From NCBI GenBank assembly GCA_028285595.1, contig JANQOW010000066.1:350-64349 (forward strand): a DNA stretch of 64,000 nt, in the 5' to 3' direction. Shown here in pieces: positions 53,939 to 62,756 of the stretch. The first letter of the stretch is position 1; every line of letters starts with the position of its first letter. This DNA is from Hyphomicrobiales bacterium (GTDB lineage Bacteria; Pseudomonadota; Alphaproteobacteria; Rhizobiales; CAJQND01). The position numbers were made by a program, and so were the translations under genes. The notes under the pieces were generated by a model. The model saw only the letters and a program-made list of their open reading frames with translations, was not told the DNA's origin and made no database searches.

Positions 53939-54751
53939 ATGAGCAGTGTTCCCGATCATAGTTCCTCTCAATCCACCCTGCTTTGCATAAGAAAGGGCGA
54001 GCCGAACGTTTGCGTCATTTTTGCACCGGATATTGGAGGCGGTGTCATTTATTCACGCAAGATCCTCTCTCAAATCGACGATAGCATAAGTGCGCATGGC
54101 TTCAGGCTCACACCAGATTTGGTGCAATCGCTTCCGCAACTTTCGATACAGGACATTGCCAAGCGATTTGCGACCGATCTAAGGGCTTCCGCGCTTCCTG
54201 AGCCTTATCACCTTGTTGGACACTCGTTTGCCGGGCTGTTGGCGTACGAGATTGCCTGCCACCTGCATGAGCTTGGTTCAGAGGTTGGTGTGGTGGCCCT
54301 GTTGGATACCGCAGCGCCCACACAATTCTATACAGGATATTGGTTTCGTTTCGTGGCCAGCGCGCGCAGATTGAGAGACAAACTTCATAGATTTGTTCTG
54401 ACAAGTCGCTTGTTCCAGTCGCCCGAAAAGGCTGCGACGATCAAGTTATACCCAGGTTTCATTCTTCTGGATTTGTCGAAACACACGGCCTCTCATGTCT
54501 TCATTATCGAGAATTTGTATGATTCCCTGGTGCGGTACAAACCAAGCCGCTCAGATTTCAGAATCTCAATATTTGCATCACAAACGCTATGGCGGAGAAG
54601 TTTGTATCCAAAATACTTAGGATGGGAAGTGTTCTCCACGAACAAAGAACTGATTGGACTCAATTTCGGCCATAACGATTTCGTTGGCAGTGATATTGCC
54701 GCTCAGCAGGTTGCTGCCCATCTACAATCGCTGGTAAAGCAAAGGTGCTGA
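53939..54751 (+). CDS. stand-alone thioesterase-like alpha/beta hydrolase
   Basis: GHSFAGLLAYEIA nucleophile elbow followed by LLDTAAP. Resembles the TE domain of the 915-aa NRPS-like protein (GHSFGGLLAYEMA ... LIDTPTP). Confidence 0.7.
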   Translation: MSSVPDHSSSQSTLLCIRKGEPNVCVIFAPDIGGGVIYSRKILSQIDDSISAHGFRLTPDLVQSLPQLSIQDIAKRFATDLRASALPEPYHLVGHSFAGLLAYEIACHLHELGSEVGVVALLDTAAPTQFYTGYWFRFVASARRLRDKLHRFVLTSRLFQSPEKAATIKLYPGFILLDLSKHTASHVFIIENLYDSLVRYKPSRSDFRISIFASQTLWRRSLYPKYLGWEVFSTNKELIGLNFGHNDFVGSDIAAQQVAAHLQSLVKQRC

Positions 54752-55067
54752 GAGCTAACCAACAAACCGCACGCGTTGCCACGATTGCATCCTGGTCCAC
54801 AACCGTGCGCGAAGAGGATGAGAGTACGTCAAGCACCAATCTTAAACCTATCAACAATTGATATGGAGAACCGTAGTCAATATGGCATGCCGGAAATGTC
54901 TTTAAGAATGCGTGGCCTTTCGGCTTCCGTTAAGTGTCAGATTTACAATAGCACAGCTACTCAACCATCGTTCTGGAGCGTCGGCCAGCTTGAGGCGGCA
55001 CGCAATCAGATAACTCCAACAGACCTCCAAACATAAACAGCTCTGCAGAGATGCGCTGCACAACACG

Positions 55068-56390
55068 TCATAGGTCGCCCGTCTCGAAAACTGAATTTGA
55101 GAGGGCACGCGCCAACTGCCGGCCTTCTCGGATCGCATAGTTTGTACCACGGTCTTCGGGATAAATCTGCGCCATCGAACAAATGTATAGACCCGGCGCC
55201 GGCGCCTCTATCGCGGGAATAAGCCGAGAATAGTATCTTTCAACGATCGGCTGCGCCCATCTCGCCTTCCAGACGTGCCAATTGCGGATCCAGTCGCGGG
55301 AAAATTCTGGAAACATGCACCGGATATGAGGAATTGAAAACTCTAGTATTTCCTCATCGGACATACCATAGAGCGTCTCCGTGTGGGGTAGATACCGTGA
55401 CAGGTAGACAACGTGATCACCACCATAGTCACTGGGATTCTGGAAGTTGGTGTGTTCGATCACGCCCACATATGGAAAGCTCGTGTCGTTCACGTTAAGC
55501 CAGTAGGTCGAGGAAAGCGACCTGTCCAGCCTGAGCACCAGACAGACATTCGCCAAATATTCGATGCGCCTTAACTCTGCGATATACTCAGAGCTCGACC
55601 AGCCCTCAATCATATCGGCTATGACGGGTAGAGCCGGAGTGGCGATCACAACATCGCTTTCGCGCTGACCCCATGCCCCGCTCGCAAGCCACCGACCTGT
55701 GGCCGAATCCCGAGTGAGCCGTTTTACAGTTCTATCCGTGCAAACCACGCCGCCATGGCCTTCCACCGCGCTGGCAACCGCTTCTGCAAGACGGGCAAAG
55801 CTGCCCTTGAAATATGCCAGTCGCTCCTCTCCCCCCCTTCCTCGGGAGCCTCCTCGCAGCTTGATCTTGTTCCAGAACCAAACCGCGGAAACTGACTCCG
55901 CGTGGGGCCCAAATTTGCCCTTCAAGAGCGGCTCCCACATCACATCATACACCCGCTGACCACCAAGTTCGCGAAGCCAGTCAGCAGCGGTCACACCTTC
56001 CAGGGATCGCCAGTCAGTCACACGGCGGGCTTTGAGCGTGAGAAGACCGAGGCGAATTCGATCAAGGAGCGTCAGAGGTTTGAATTTCAACAGATCGAGC
56101 GGCGTGGACAGCTTCAGAATGCTGTTGGCATAGTAGACTCCGGTATTCGTAGGGCTGGTCACCACCTGATCCTCAAGACCGAGTTCTTTGATCAAACCCA
56201 TGACTTCGAGATCGTTGGTGAACCAGTGGTGATAAAAACGATCCAGACGTTCTCCGTCGGTTTCAAAAGCGCCTGCGAGACCGCCCACAGAGCTATCAGC
56301 CTCAAGTACGGTTACATTGTGCCCTCGACGCACCAAGTCATAAGCCGCAGAAAGACCGCTAAATCCTGCACCAATGATGGTGATCTCCAT
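55068..56390 (-). CDS. NAD(P)/FAD-dependent oxidoreductase (amine-oxidase / phytoene-desaturase superfamily)
   Basis: MEITIIGAGFSGLSAAYDLVRRGHNVTVLEADSSVGGLAG dinucleotide motif. 440 aa. Confidence 0.7.
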   Translation of the reverse strand: MEITIIGAGFSGLSAAYDLVRRGHNVTVLEADSSVGGLAGAFETDGERLDRFYHHWFTNDLEVMGLIKELGLEDQVVTSPTNTGVYYANSILKLSTPLDLLKFKPLTLLDRIRLGLLTLKARRVTDWRSLEGVTAADWLRELGGQRVYDVMWEPLLKGKFGPHAESVSAVWFWNKIKLRGGSRGRGGEERLAYFKGSFARLAEAVASAVEGHGGVVCTDRTVKRLTRDSATGRWLASGAWGQRESDVVIATPALPVIADMIEGWSSSEYIAELRRIEYLANVCLVLRLDRSLSSTYWLNVNDTSFPYVGVIEHTNFQNPSDYGGDHVVYLSRYLPHTETLYGMSDEEILEFSIPHIRCMFPEFSRDWIRNWHVWKARWAQPIVERYYSRLIPAIEAPAPGLYICSMAQIYPEDRGTNYAIREGRQLARALSNSVFETGDL

Positions 56391-56410
56391 TGCGCGGCGC
56401 CCCCGGAGCA

Positions 56411-57424
56411 TTACTGAGTGGACGCTGCCACTTTTGTTGCACTGCCGCCATTACGATAGACGATCCAAATCAGAATACTTATTCCGCCTGCCAATGTGGC
56501 CGTAATCCACAAGATCATGTGTACCAGTACAGCGAATGCAAAAGCAGCGGCGGGCGGATTGCCGGCAAGTTCGGCCATGCGGATTGCAAAGAAATCGAAT
56601 GTTCCCAAATAGCCGGGCGCAGAGGGCAGCAACGTCGCGAGCGTCGCAACGGGAAAGGCGAGAACTGCACCAGCCAACTCGGTAATCGCTGGCAGAGCGC
56701 GGCCCGCGGCGTAGAACACGGCTCCTTCCAACATCCAGGCCAAAGCTGACCAGGTCATCAGCTTTAGCATCTGTTTGCCTTTCGCCTGATGCTGAAGAGT
56801 TTCGAGCATCTGGTCAAAAACCCGACCGAGCCGGGCCCCATACCGCGCACTAATGTGGTTGGTAATGATGACCATCACATGGGCCGGGCCAGCAAAGAGT
56901 CTTGGATAAAGCAACAGCACCAATATCGCGAGCGCACCTATTGTAAGCAAATGACCACCTACCCCGAGAATGTTCCATGCCCCGTGTAAATCCTGAGCCA
57001 ATAGCCTCAAAACTAGAGCGGCGCAGACCAGCAGACTCAAAAGGTCAAGCATGCGTTCAACAAACAACGTTGCGATCACCCTAGAAGTACCAACACCAAG
57101 CCACTTGCTGAAAGCGAAGGCGCGCAAAGCATCACCTGCGCGGAACGGGAGGACATTGTTTGTCGCAACTGAAGCCAAAAGCGGTACGGCAGATCTCCAG
57201 AAGCCAACTTTGGAACCACTAGACAACAGCATAACACGCCAACGTTGAACCCTGCACGCATATGCGAAAACAAACAACACGACGGCAATGCTAACCCACC
57301 ACGAAGACGCATCCGCCAAGGACAACAGAAACGCATCCCAATCGAGATTACGCGCCGCTAAGTATGCAAAGCCCAGCGAAAAGCCGAGCCCCAAAATCAG
57401 TTTCAGGAACTGGCGTGGTGTCAT
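56411..57424 (-). CDS. flippase-like polytopic membrane protein (LPG_synthase_TM / UPF0104 type)
   Basis: ATG 57424 lies 4 nt after the GT2 stop. Multiple TM helices. The RVQRWRVML motif after TM2 is typical of UPF0104. Confidence 0.6.
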   Translation of the reverse strand: MTPRQFLKLILGLGFSLGFAYLAARNLDWDAFLLSLADASSWWVSIAVVLFVFAYACRVQRWRVMLLSSGSKVGFWRSAVPLLASVATNNVLPFRAGDALRAFAFSKWLGVGTSRVIATLFVERMLDLLSLLVCAALVLRLLAQDLHGAWNILGVGGHLLTIGALAILVLLLYPRLFAGPAHVMVIITNHISARYGARLGRVFDQMLETLQHQAKGKQMLKLMTWSALAWMLEGAVFYAAGRALPAITELAGAVLAFPVATLATLLPSAPGYLGTFDFFAIRMAELAGNPPAAAFAFAVLVHMILWITATLAGGISILIWIVYRNGGSATKVAASTQ

Positions 57425-57428
57425 TAGC

Positions 57429-58445
57429 TCATGCACCGCGCTGCCGACGTAAAATTGTAGGCTCTTGGGTTTCTGCCGGCGTTGGGAGACAGTCCGCTGA
57501 GGAGAAGCCATAGCTGGCGCGCTCGTCCACAACATACAGCGGTCGAGATTTTGTCTCCGTGTAAACGCGAGCCAGATACTCCCCAATCACGCCGAGGGCA
57601 ATCAATTGAATTCCGCCAATGAACAGGACCGCGATCATTAATGCTGTCCAACCTTCCACCCAGGCAGCGGTGAAGATTCGCATGTAGAATGCGTACACAA
57701 TTCCAAAACAAGCCAGAAACGACGAAATAATGCCCAGCATCATCGCCAATCGCAGGGGTTTTGAGGAAAAGGAAAGTATGCCGTCTAGCGCAAAAGCTAT
57801 CATCTTCCTGAGTGGATACTTTGATATGCCAGCCAGGCGTTCGGCTCTCTCATACGGCAATTCTATCTGTCGAAATCCGACCCACGTGACCATGCCGCGG
57901 ATAAAGCGATGGCGTTCTGGCATGGACTTCAACACATCTACCACACCACGGTCCATTAAGCGGAAGTCTCCGGTATCTAGGGGGATCGGGATCTCCGATA
58001 AACGGTTCAATAATCGGTAGAAACAGCGCGCCGTTGCAAGCTTGAAAGCGCTCTCGCCGGAGCGGGAGATCCGAGTTCCATACACCACATCGTAGCCTTC
58101 CTCCCAGCGCGAGATCATTTGCGGAATGACTTCTGGGGGATCCTGCAGATCGGCGTCAATGAGCACAACGGCATCTCCGCGTGCAGCGTCAATGCCAGCC
58201 GTTACTGCGATCTGATGACCAAAATTGCGAGCCAGCGCCACAACGTGAACCGTTCTGTTATCTTCGGATATTCGCCTTAGAATTTCCCTTGTCTTATCAG
58301 AACTGCCATCATCGACAAAGATCAATTCGAACTGGTACTTCTTCAGGCCGGCGGCCATCTTGCCCAGTCTCTCTATTGTGTTCGCCACTACCTCCTCTTC
58401 ATTGTAGCAGGGAACAACCACAGAGATAATCTTTTGACCAGTCAT
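57429..58445 (-). CDS. family-2 glycosyltransferase with C-terminal TM helices (polyprenyl-phosphate sugar synthase, ArnC/GtrB/DPM1-like)
   Basis: VVVPCYNEE and DADLQDPP (DxD) motifs, plus two C-terminal TM helices. Confidence 0.8.
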   Translation of the reverse strand: MTGQKIISVVVPCYNEEEVVANTIERLGKMAAGLKKYQFELIFVDDGSSDKTREILRRISEDNRTVHVVALARNFGHQIAVTAGIDAARGDAVVLIDADLQDPPEVIPQMISRWEEGYDVVYGTRISRSGESAFKLATARCFYRLLNRLSEIPIPLDTGDFRLMDRGVVDVLKSMPERHRFIRGMVTWVGFRQIELPYERAERLAGISKYPLRKMIAFALDGILSFSSKPLRLAMMLGIISSFLACFGIVYAFYMRIFTAAWVEGWTALMIAVLFIGGIQLIALGVIGEYLARVYTETKSRPLYVVDERASYGFSSADCLPTPAETQEPTILRRQRGA

Positions 58446-58678
58446 GCAATCTATACCTAAACCAAGTTAGTGTTAATATGCAGTATCGAAACGATTTTTT
58501 GAATACCCCACTGGCTAAATTATAAATTTTGACGTAGATAAGCCTCTATAAAACCTGAACTTTAATCGGTGAATAGGGAGAGTATCTTGTGTCACCCAGT
58601 GAATTCTGTGGAGGCTCAGTTGCGTACGTGCCTTTCTGAGATAGAGGCAATCGTTGATCCCGTTCAAGTAAGGCTGCG

Positions 58679-60220
58679 ATGATGCTGCGCGTAATCTCGG
58701 GGCTTTCGATTGCCGGGCTCGCGTTTCTCTTACTTCTCATGCCTGCTCTATACAATGGGTCCCCAATTTATTGGTACGATTCCATGGCGTATCTTCACGG
58801 CGGCAGTTCCGCGCTAAACACAACCATTGGTTTTGAGACCCGATTTAGAAACATGGAGCGGGCAACGCCTCCCAAGTTGGAGATAGCTGGATCGCAACAC
58901 AAGGACGCAAAACGCGAGCCTTCTTCCTCAGCGGCGACCGAGTCCCATGCGCCGGAGACGGAGTACCGGATATCTATGGCTCGGTCCCCTTACTACTCGG
59001 CGATCTTGGTGTTCTTGTCTGGAACTTACGGACCGTTCGCACCCGTCGCCGGGAAAGCACTCCTTATTGTAGCGATCGGATTCTTGTTGCTCCGAGCTGT
59101 GTTCAAGAGCCGGATTACGACGCCAGCATTGTATCTCCTGGCAGCATTATCCGTTAGCACGGCAGGCGTGTTTTGCGCCACGCTCTTGCCGGATATACTT
59201 GCGCCAGTAGGAATAATATCAGTTGCGGTTTTGTTTTGCTTTTACGACAACCTAAGCAACCTGGACAGAGGATTATGGTTCGGTATCCTTGTGTTCTCAA
59301 TTGTGTCGCATACTTCACACATCGCGATCACCTTCATTCTCATTCCAATCGGCGTTGTTTTGGCGGTGCTGCGCCAAAACGGTCGCGCACGTGCTCCATT
59401 GCTGATCTGCCTGCTTGCAGTCGCTGTTGGGTTTTTGAGCCTTCAGACGTTCTCTCGAGCAGTCGAGAGCATTTACGGGTATAAGCCGCGACCATTTCCA
59501 ATGATTGCCGCAAGCGTTATCGTTGATGGGCCTGGGCTGAACTACTTAATGTCAACTTGCCCTGAAAACGGTTACGTCTACTGCGACTACATTGATACCA
59601 AAGCGCAGAATATCGACGAGTTTCTCTGGTCGACGGATAAAGCCACGGGCGTGTACGTCTTAGCTGACCGGGAGGCCCGCACCCAAATGTCAGATCAGCA
59701 AGTTCAGTTTCTTATCGACGTACTAACCTTTGATTTTGCGGCGCAGTTCCGAGCCTCCTTCGAGCGCTTTCTCGAGCAACTTCAAAAAAACTCCCTCGCC
59801 CATTTGACGTATACCAAAAGCCTTACGAAGGAGCTGACACGTGTTCTACCAAACCCCGAGCGTCAGTTGCTGGTTGAAAGTGCCGCCTACTTCGACCGTT
59901 TTCCGTTCAGGGGATTTAGTATTCTGACACAGGTATTCTCAGTTCTGGCACTTATCGGCACGCTGATCGTACTCGCCAGAGCGAGAAGCCTTGGCACCTC
60001 AAATGGCTCATCCATCCTCGTCCCGCCATTGGCTGTAATGATTTCATTCGTAGTTATCGTGCTTTGCGGCATTGTTGCCAATGCTGGCATTACAGGCGTC
60101 GTGTCTAATCCACAGGGACGGTACGGGGCGCGTGTCATATGGCTTCTGCTCGTAATGTTTGCCGTGGTATTGGCCTGGTACCACCGCAACTCGGAGCGCG
60201 AAGCAAAAACGATCGACTAA
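58679..60220 (+). CDS. large polytopic membrane protein (513 aa, 10 or more TM), hypothetical; possible GT-C-type glycosyltransferase or polymerase
   Basis: Hydrophobic helices throughout, with a soluble loop of about 130 aa (residues about 290-420). Divergent from the GT2 operon. No motif recognised. Confidence 0.55.
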   Translation: MMLRVISGLSIAGLAFLLLLMPALYNGSPIYWYDSMAYLHGGSSALNTTIGFETRFRNMERATPPKLEIAGSQHKDAKREPSSSAATESHAPETEYRISMARSPYYSAILVFLSGTYGPFAPVAGKALLIVAIGFLLLRAVFKSRITTPALYLLAALSVSTAGVFCATLLPDILAPVGIISVAVLFCFYDNLSNLDRGLWFGILVFSIVSHTSHIAITFILIPIGVVLAVLRQNGRARAPLLICLLAVAVGFLSLQTFSRAVESIYGYKPRPFPMIAASVIVDGPGLNYLMSTCPENGYVYCDYIDTKAQNIDEFLWSTDKATGVYVLADREARTQMSDQQVQFLIDVLTFDFAAQFRASFERFLEQLQKNSLAHLTYTKSLTKELTRVLPNPERQLLVESAAYFDRFPFRGFSILTQVFSVLALIGTLIVLARARSLGTSNGSSILVPPLAVMISFVVIVLCGIVANAGITGVVSNPQGRYGARVIWLLLVMFAVVLAWYHRNSEREAKTID

Positions 60221-60699
60221 GCAGAACCTCGTACGCGTTACGCGAAAACAGACACAAGATTCGCGCGCGCCAATTCGATTTGGCCCTGACCCGGCCTCGT
60301 GATTGCCGTGTCTGTCTTTCCACTCACATCTGTTGGCGACCGCGTAAAGCACGAAAGTTGGTTGACATAATGCACCCAATCTCGCGTCACGTGATCTAGC
60401 ACATCCCACCACATGCCAGCCGTGTTTCTTCAAGCATTATGCCTGCAGAACGAACAATCATCGAGATCCCAATGCGAGACTGCCACTCGATTTGAACGCA
60501 ACCTACACGCAGAGCTGTGAAATTTTCGGATTTAGTTAAGCTATGGTAAACGCCGATCAATGCTATTTCGCTTTTGTGCATATGGTTACTATGCTGACTA
60601 CTTGCGCTGTAAACTTTAATCAAAAAAAATTCCACTTAGAGCTTCAAGAGTTGGCATAAACTGATATAGGTATCAGGTAATTAGTATTTCGGTGCAAGT

Positions 60700-62304
60700 A
60701 TGGCTCAGATTTCGGAAGTGTCCGATGAAACACCGAGGGAAAGCGGTTCGTGGGTAGCGCCGGGCTTGTTTTGGCTCGCCGTCGCCTCTTTGGGCGCCGC
60801 AGTGTTCTTCGCAGATGGGCTTGACGCGCTTTTTGTCGCTTGGTCCCTGCCAGAGTATTCACACGGACCGCTGATTCCCGTTCTCTCAGCACTCCTTTTT
60901 CTTCGCCAGCTCAAATCATTTCCGCCCGAGCCGGGACCAATACGCAATCGATGGATCGGAGTGACAATCATTGTTGTGTCGCTTGCCATGGCAGTTCTTG
61001 GCAAGCTGTCGAATATTTCCGACGTGGTGGCCTACGCAACCATTGTCTGGGTCGGCGGTATCCTGCTGGTCGGATTTGGGTGGTCCACCGGCAAGCACTT
61101 CTGGCCGCCCGTGCTGCACCTCGTCTACATGTTGCCGCTGCCAGGCGTGATCTACTACAAGATGACAACGTGGTTGCAGTTCGTTTCGTCAGAATTGGGT
61201 GTCTACTTCCTCCGGCTGCTATCCATTCCGGTTTTTCTCGACGGAAACATCATCGATTTGGGGATTACTAAGCTACACGTTGCCGAAGCGTGCTCTGGAT
61301 TGCGGTACCTGTTTCCCATTTTATCATTCAGCTATGTCTTCGCGGTGCTTTACAAGGGCCCAACTTGGCACAAGGCGGTTCTGTTGGTTTCAGCGGCACC
61401 CATCACGGTGTTCATGAATTCGGTCCGGATTGCAGTGGCCGGTGTAATTGTGGAGTACTGGGGCCTGGATTGGCTGGAGGGCTTCACACACTTTTTCGAA
61501 GGCTGGGTGATCTTTATCGCCTGCATACTGATACTCTTCGCATTGGCTCGGGTCATGCTCTTGTTCAATAAAGAGAAGATGAGCCTCCCGGAAGCGTTAG
61601 ATCTCGACACGAGCGGACTGTGGCCCCAGGCGAAACGACTTCAGTTCACCCAAGCTTCGAGGGCAATGGTTGCAAGTGCGCTTCTAATGTCAGCGGCCGC
61701 GCTGGGATGGCAGACCATTCCTGACCGCGAGGTGAGTACGGTGACCCGAGAAAGCTTCGTCTTGTTCCCCCGCCAGTTAGGTGACTGGCGTCAGCAGGGA
61801 TCGCCGCGAGCGCTGTCACAAGCCGTTGCCCGGGTGTTGGCAGCCGACGATTATCACTCGGTCAACTTCCATAAGCCAGGTGCCGCAGCCACCGTTGAGT
61901 TCTTCTCCGCATGGTATAGCGATCAAAGCAAGGGTGGCGTGCATTCGCCCGAAATCTGTTTACCTGGAGGGGGATGGGAGATCGCTTGGCTTGAGCGCAC
62001 GGATCTGACCGAAACATTGGGCTGGAAAACACCCTTTAAAATCAATCGAGCGATTATCCAAAAGGGCACCAACCGGATGATGGTCTATTACTGGTTTGAC
62101 CAGAAAGGCCGGAACGTTGCCTGGGACTTAGCCGCCAAATTCTATCTGCTTGTTGATGGGGTGCGGACGGGACGAACTGATGGCGGGCTTGTGCGTCTGA
62201 CGACTAAGATCATGCCTGGTGAAACTGATGCCGCCGCTGAGGCGCGTTTAATCAACTTGATGCGCGAGGCGCTTAAATCGATTGATCGGTTTATACCGTC
62301 CTGA
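60700..62304 (+). CDS. xrtD: exosortase fused to an EpsI-family C-terminal domain, XrtD (VPLPA-CTERM-specific) type
   Basis: Exosortase motifs AEACSGLRYL (Cys), NSVRIAVAG (Arg) and FTHFFEGW (His) in a polytopic N-terminal half. C-terminal about 200-aa periplasmic EpsI-like domain. A VPLPA-CTERM substrate gene lies at 32427-33197. Confidence 0.8.
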   Translation: MAQISEVSDETPRESGSWVAPGLFWLAVASLGAAVFFADGLDALFVAWSLPEYSHGPLIPVLSALLFLRQLKSFPPEPGPIRNRWIGVTIIVVSLAMAVLGKLSNISDVVAYATIVWVGGILLVGFGWSTGKHFWPPVLHLVYMLPLPGVIYYKMTTWLQFVSSELGVYFLRLLSIPVFLDGNIIDLGITKLHVAEACSGLRYLFPILSFSYVFAVLYKGPTWHKAVLLVSAAPITVFMNSVRIAVAGVIVEYWGLDWLEGFTHFFEGWVIFIACILILFALARVMLLFNKEKMSLPEALDLDTSGLWPQAKRLQFTQASRAMVASALLMSAAALGWQTIPDREVSTVTRESFVLFPRQLGDWRQQGSPRALSQAVARVLAADDYHSVNFHKPGAAATVEFFSAWYSDQSKGGVHSPEICLPGGGWEIAWLERTDLTETLGWKTPFKINRAIIQKGTNRMMVYYWFDQKGRNVAWDLAAKFYLLVDGVRTGRTDGGLVRLTTKIMPGETDAAAEARLINLMREALKSIDRFIPS

Positions 62305-62756
62305 TCATCGTCCCGCACAAATGCGCTGAGACTGTCTTCCAGCGCTCTGATAGAAATCCGTCAAACCCAGCGACAAAAAACCCAGACGCAAAGTTTTCAG
62401 AGCAACTGGATTTAGGTGCATCTGATAGCTGACGTCACCGCGTTTCCATTCCCTAACCAAACTCGGAATTACGCCCGGGCCATGTTTCACTTCACTTGAA
62501 GCTTTGTATCTAGGTCAATGCAGGCATTGATCTCTGACCCGAGCAGCCAACGATACATCATCCGACTGCGCGGGGTCTTGGGCACGCACCACCGGCGACT
62601 GCGATTACATTGTCGCGACTAACCGTAAAGCAGGGCCTCGCAAAAGGAGTCCGAATGGCAGGGGCATGGTGCTGCCAACAATCCACTTCGGACGCAATAA
62701 GGAGGCCGCCACCGTCCGTGCGTGTAGCGGCGCCAAACAGAGCGGCGCCTATTCAC

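Noticed and set aside
60396-60635. 79-aa ORF in the gap upstream of xrtD, and the 61-aa ORF 62305..62490 downstream of it
   Set aside because: Neither has a ribosome-binding site, a recognisable motif, a signal peptide or a CTERM sorting signal. The composition resembles AT-rich non-coding DNA. The gaps themselves are flagged under the exosortase finding instead.
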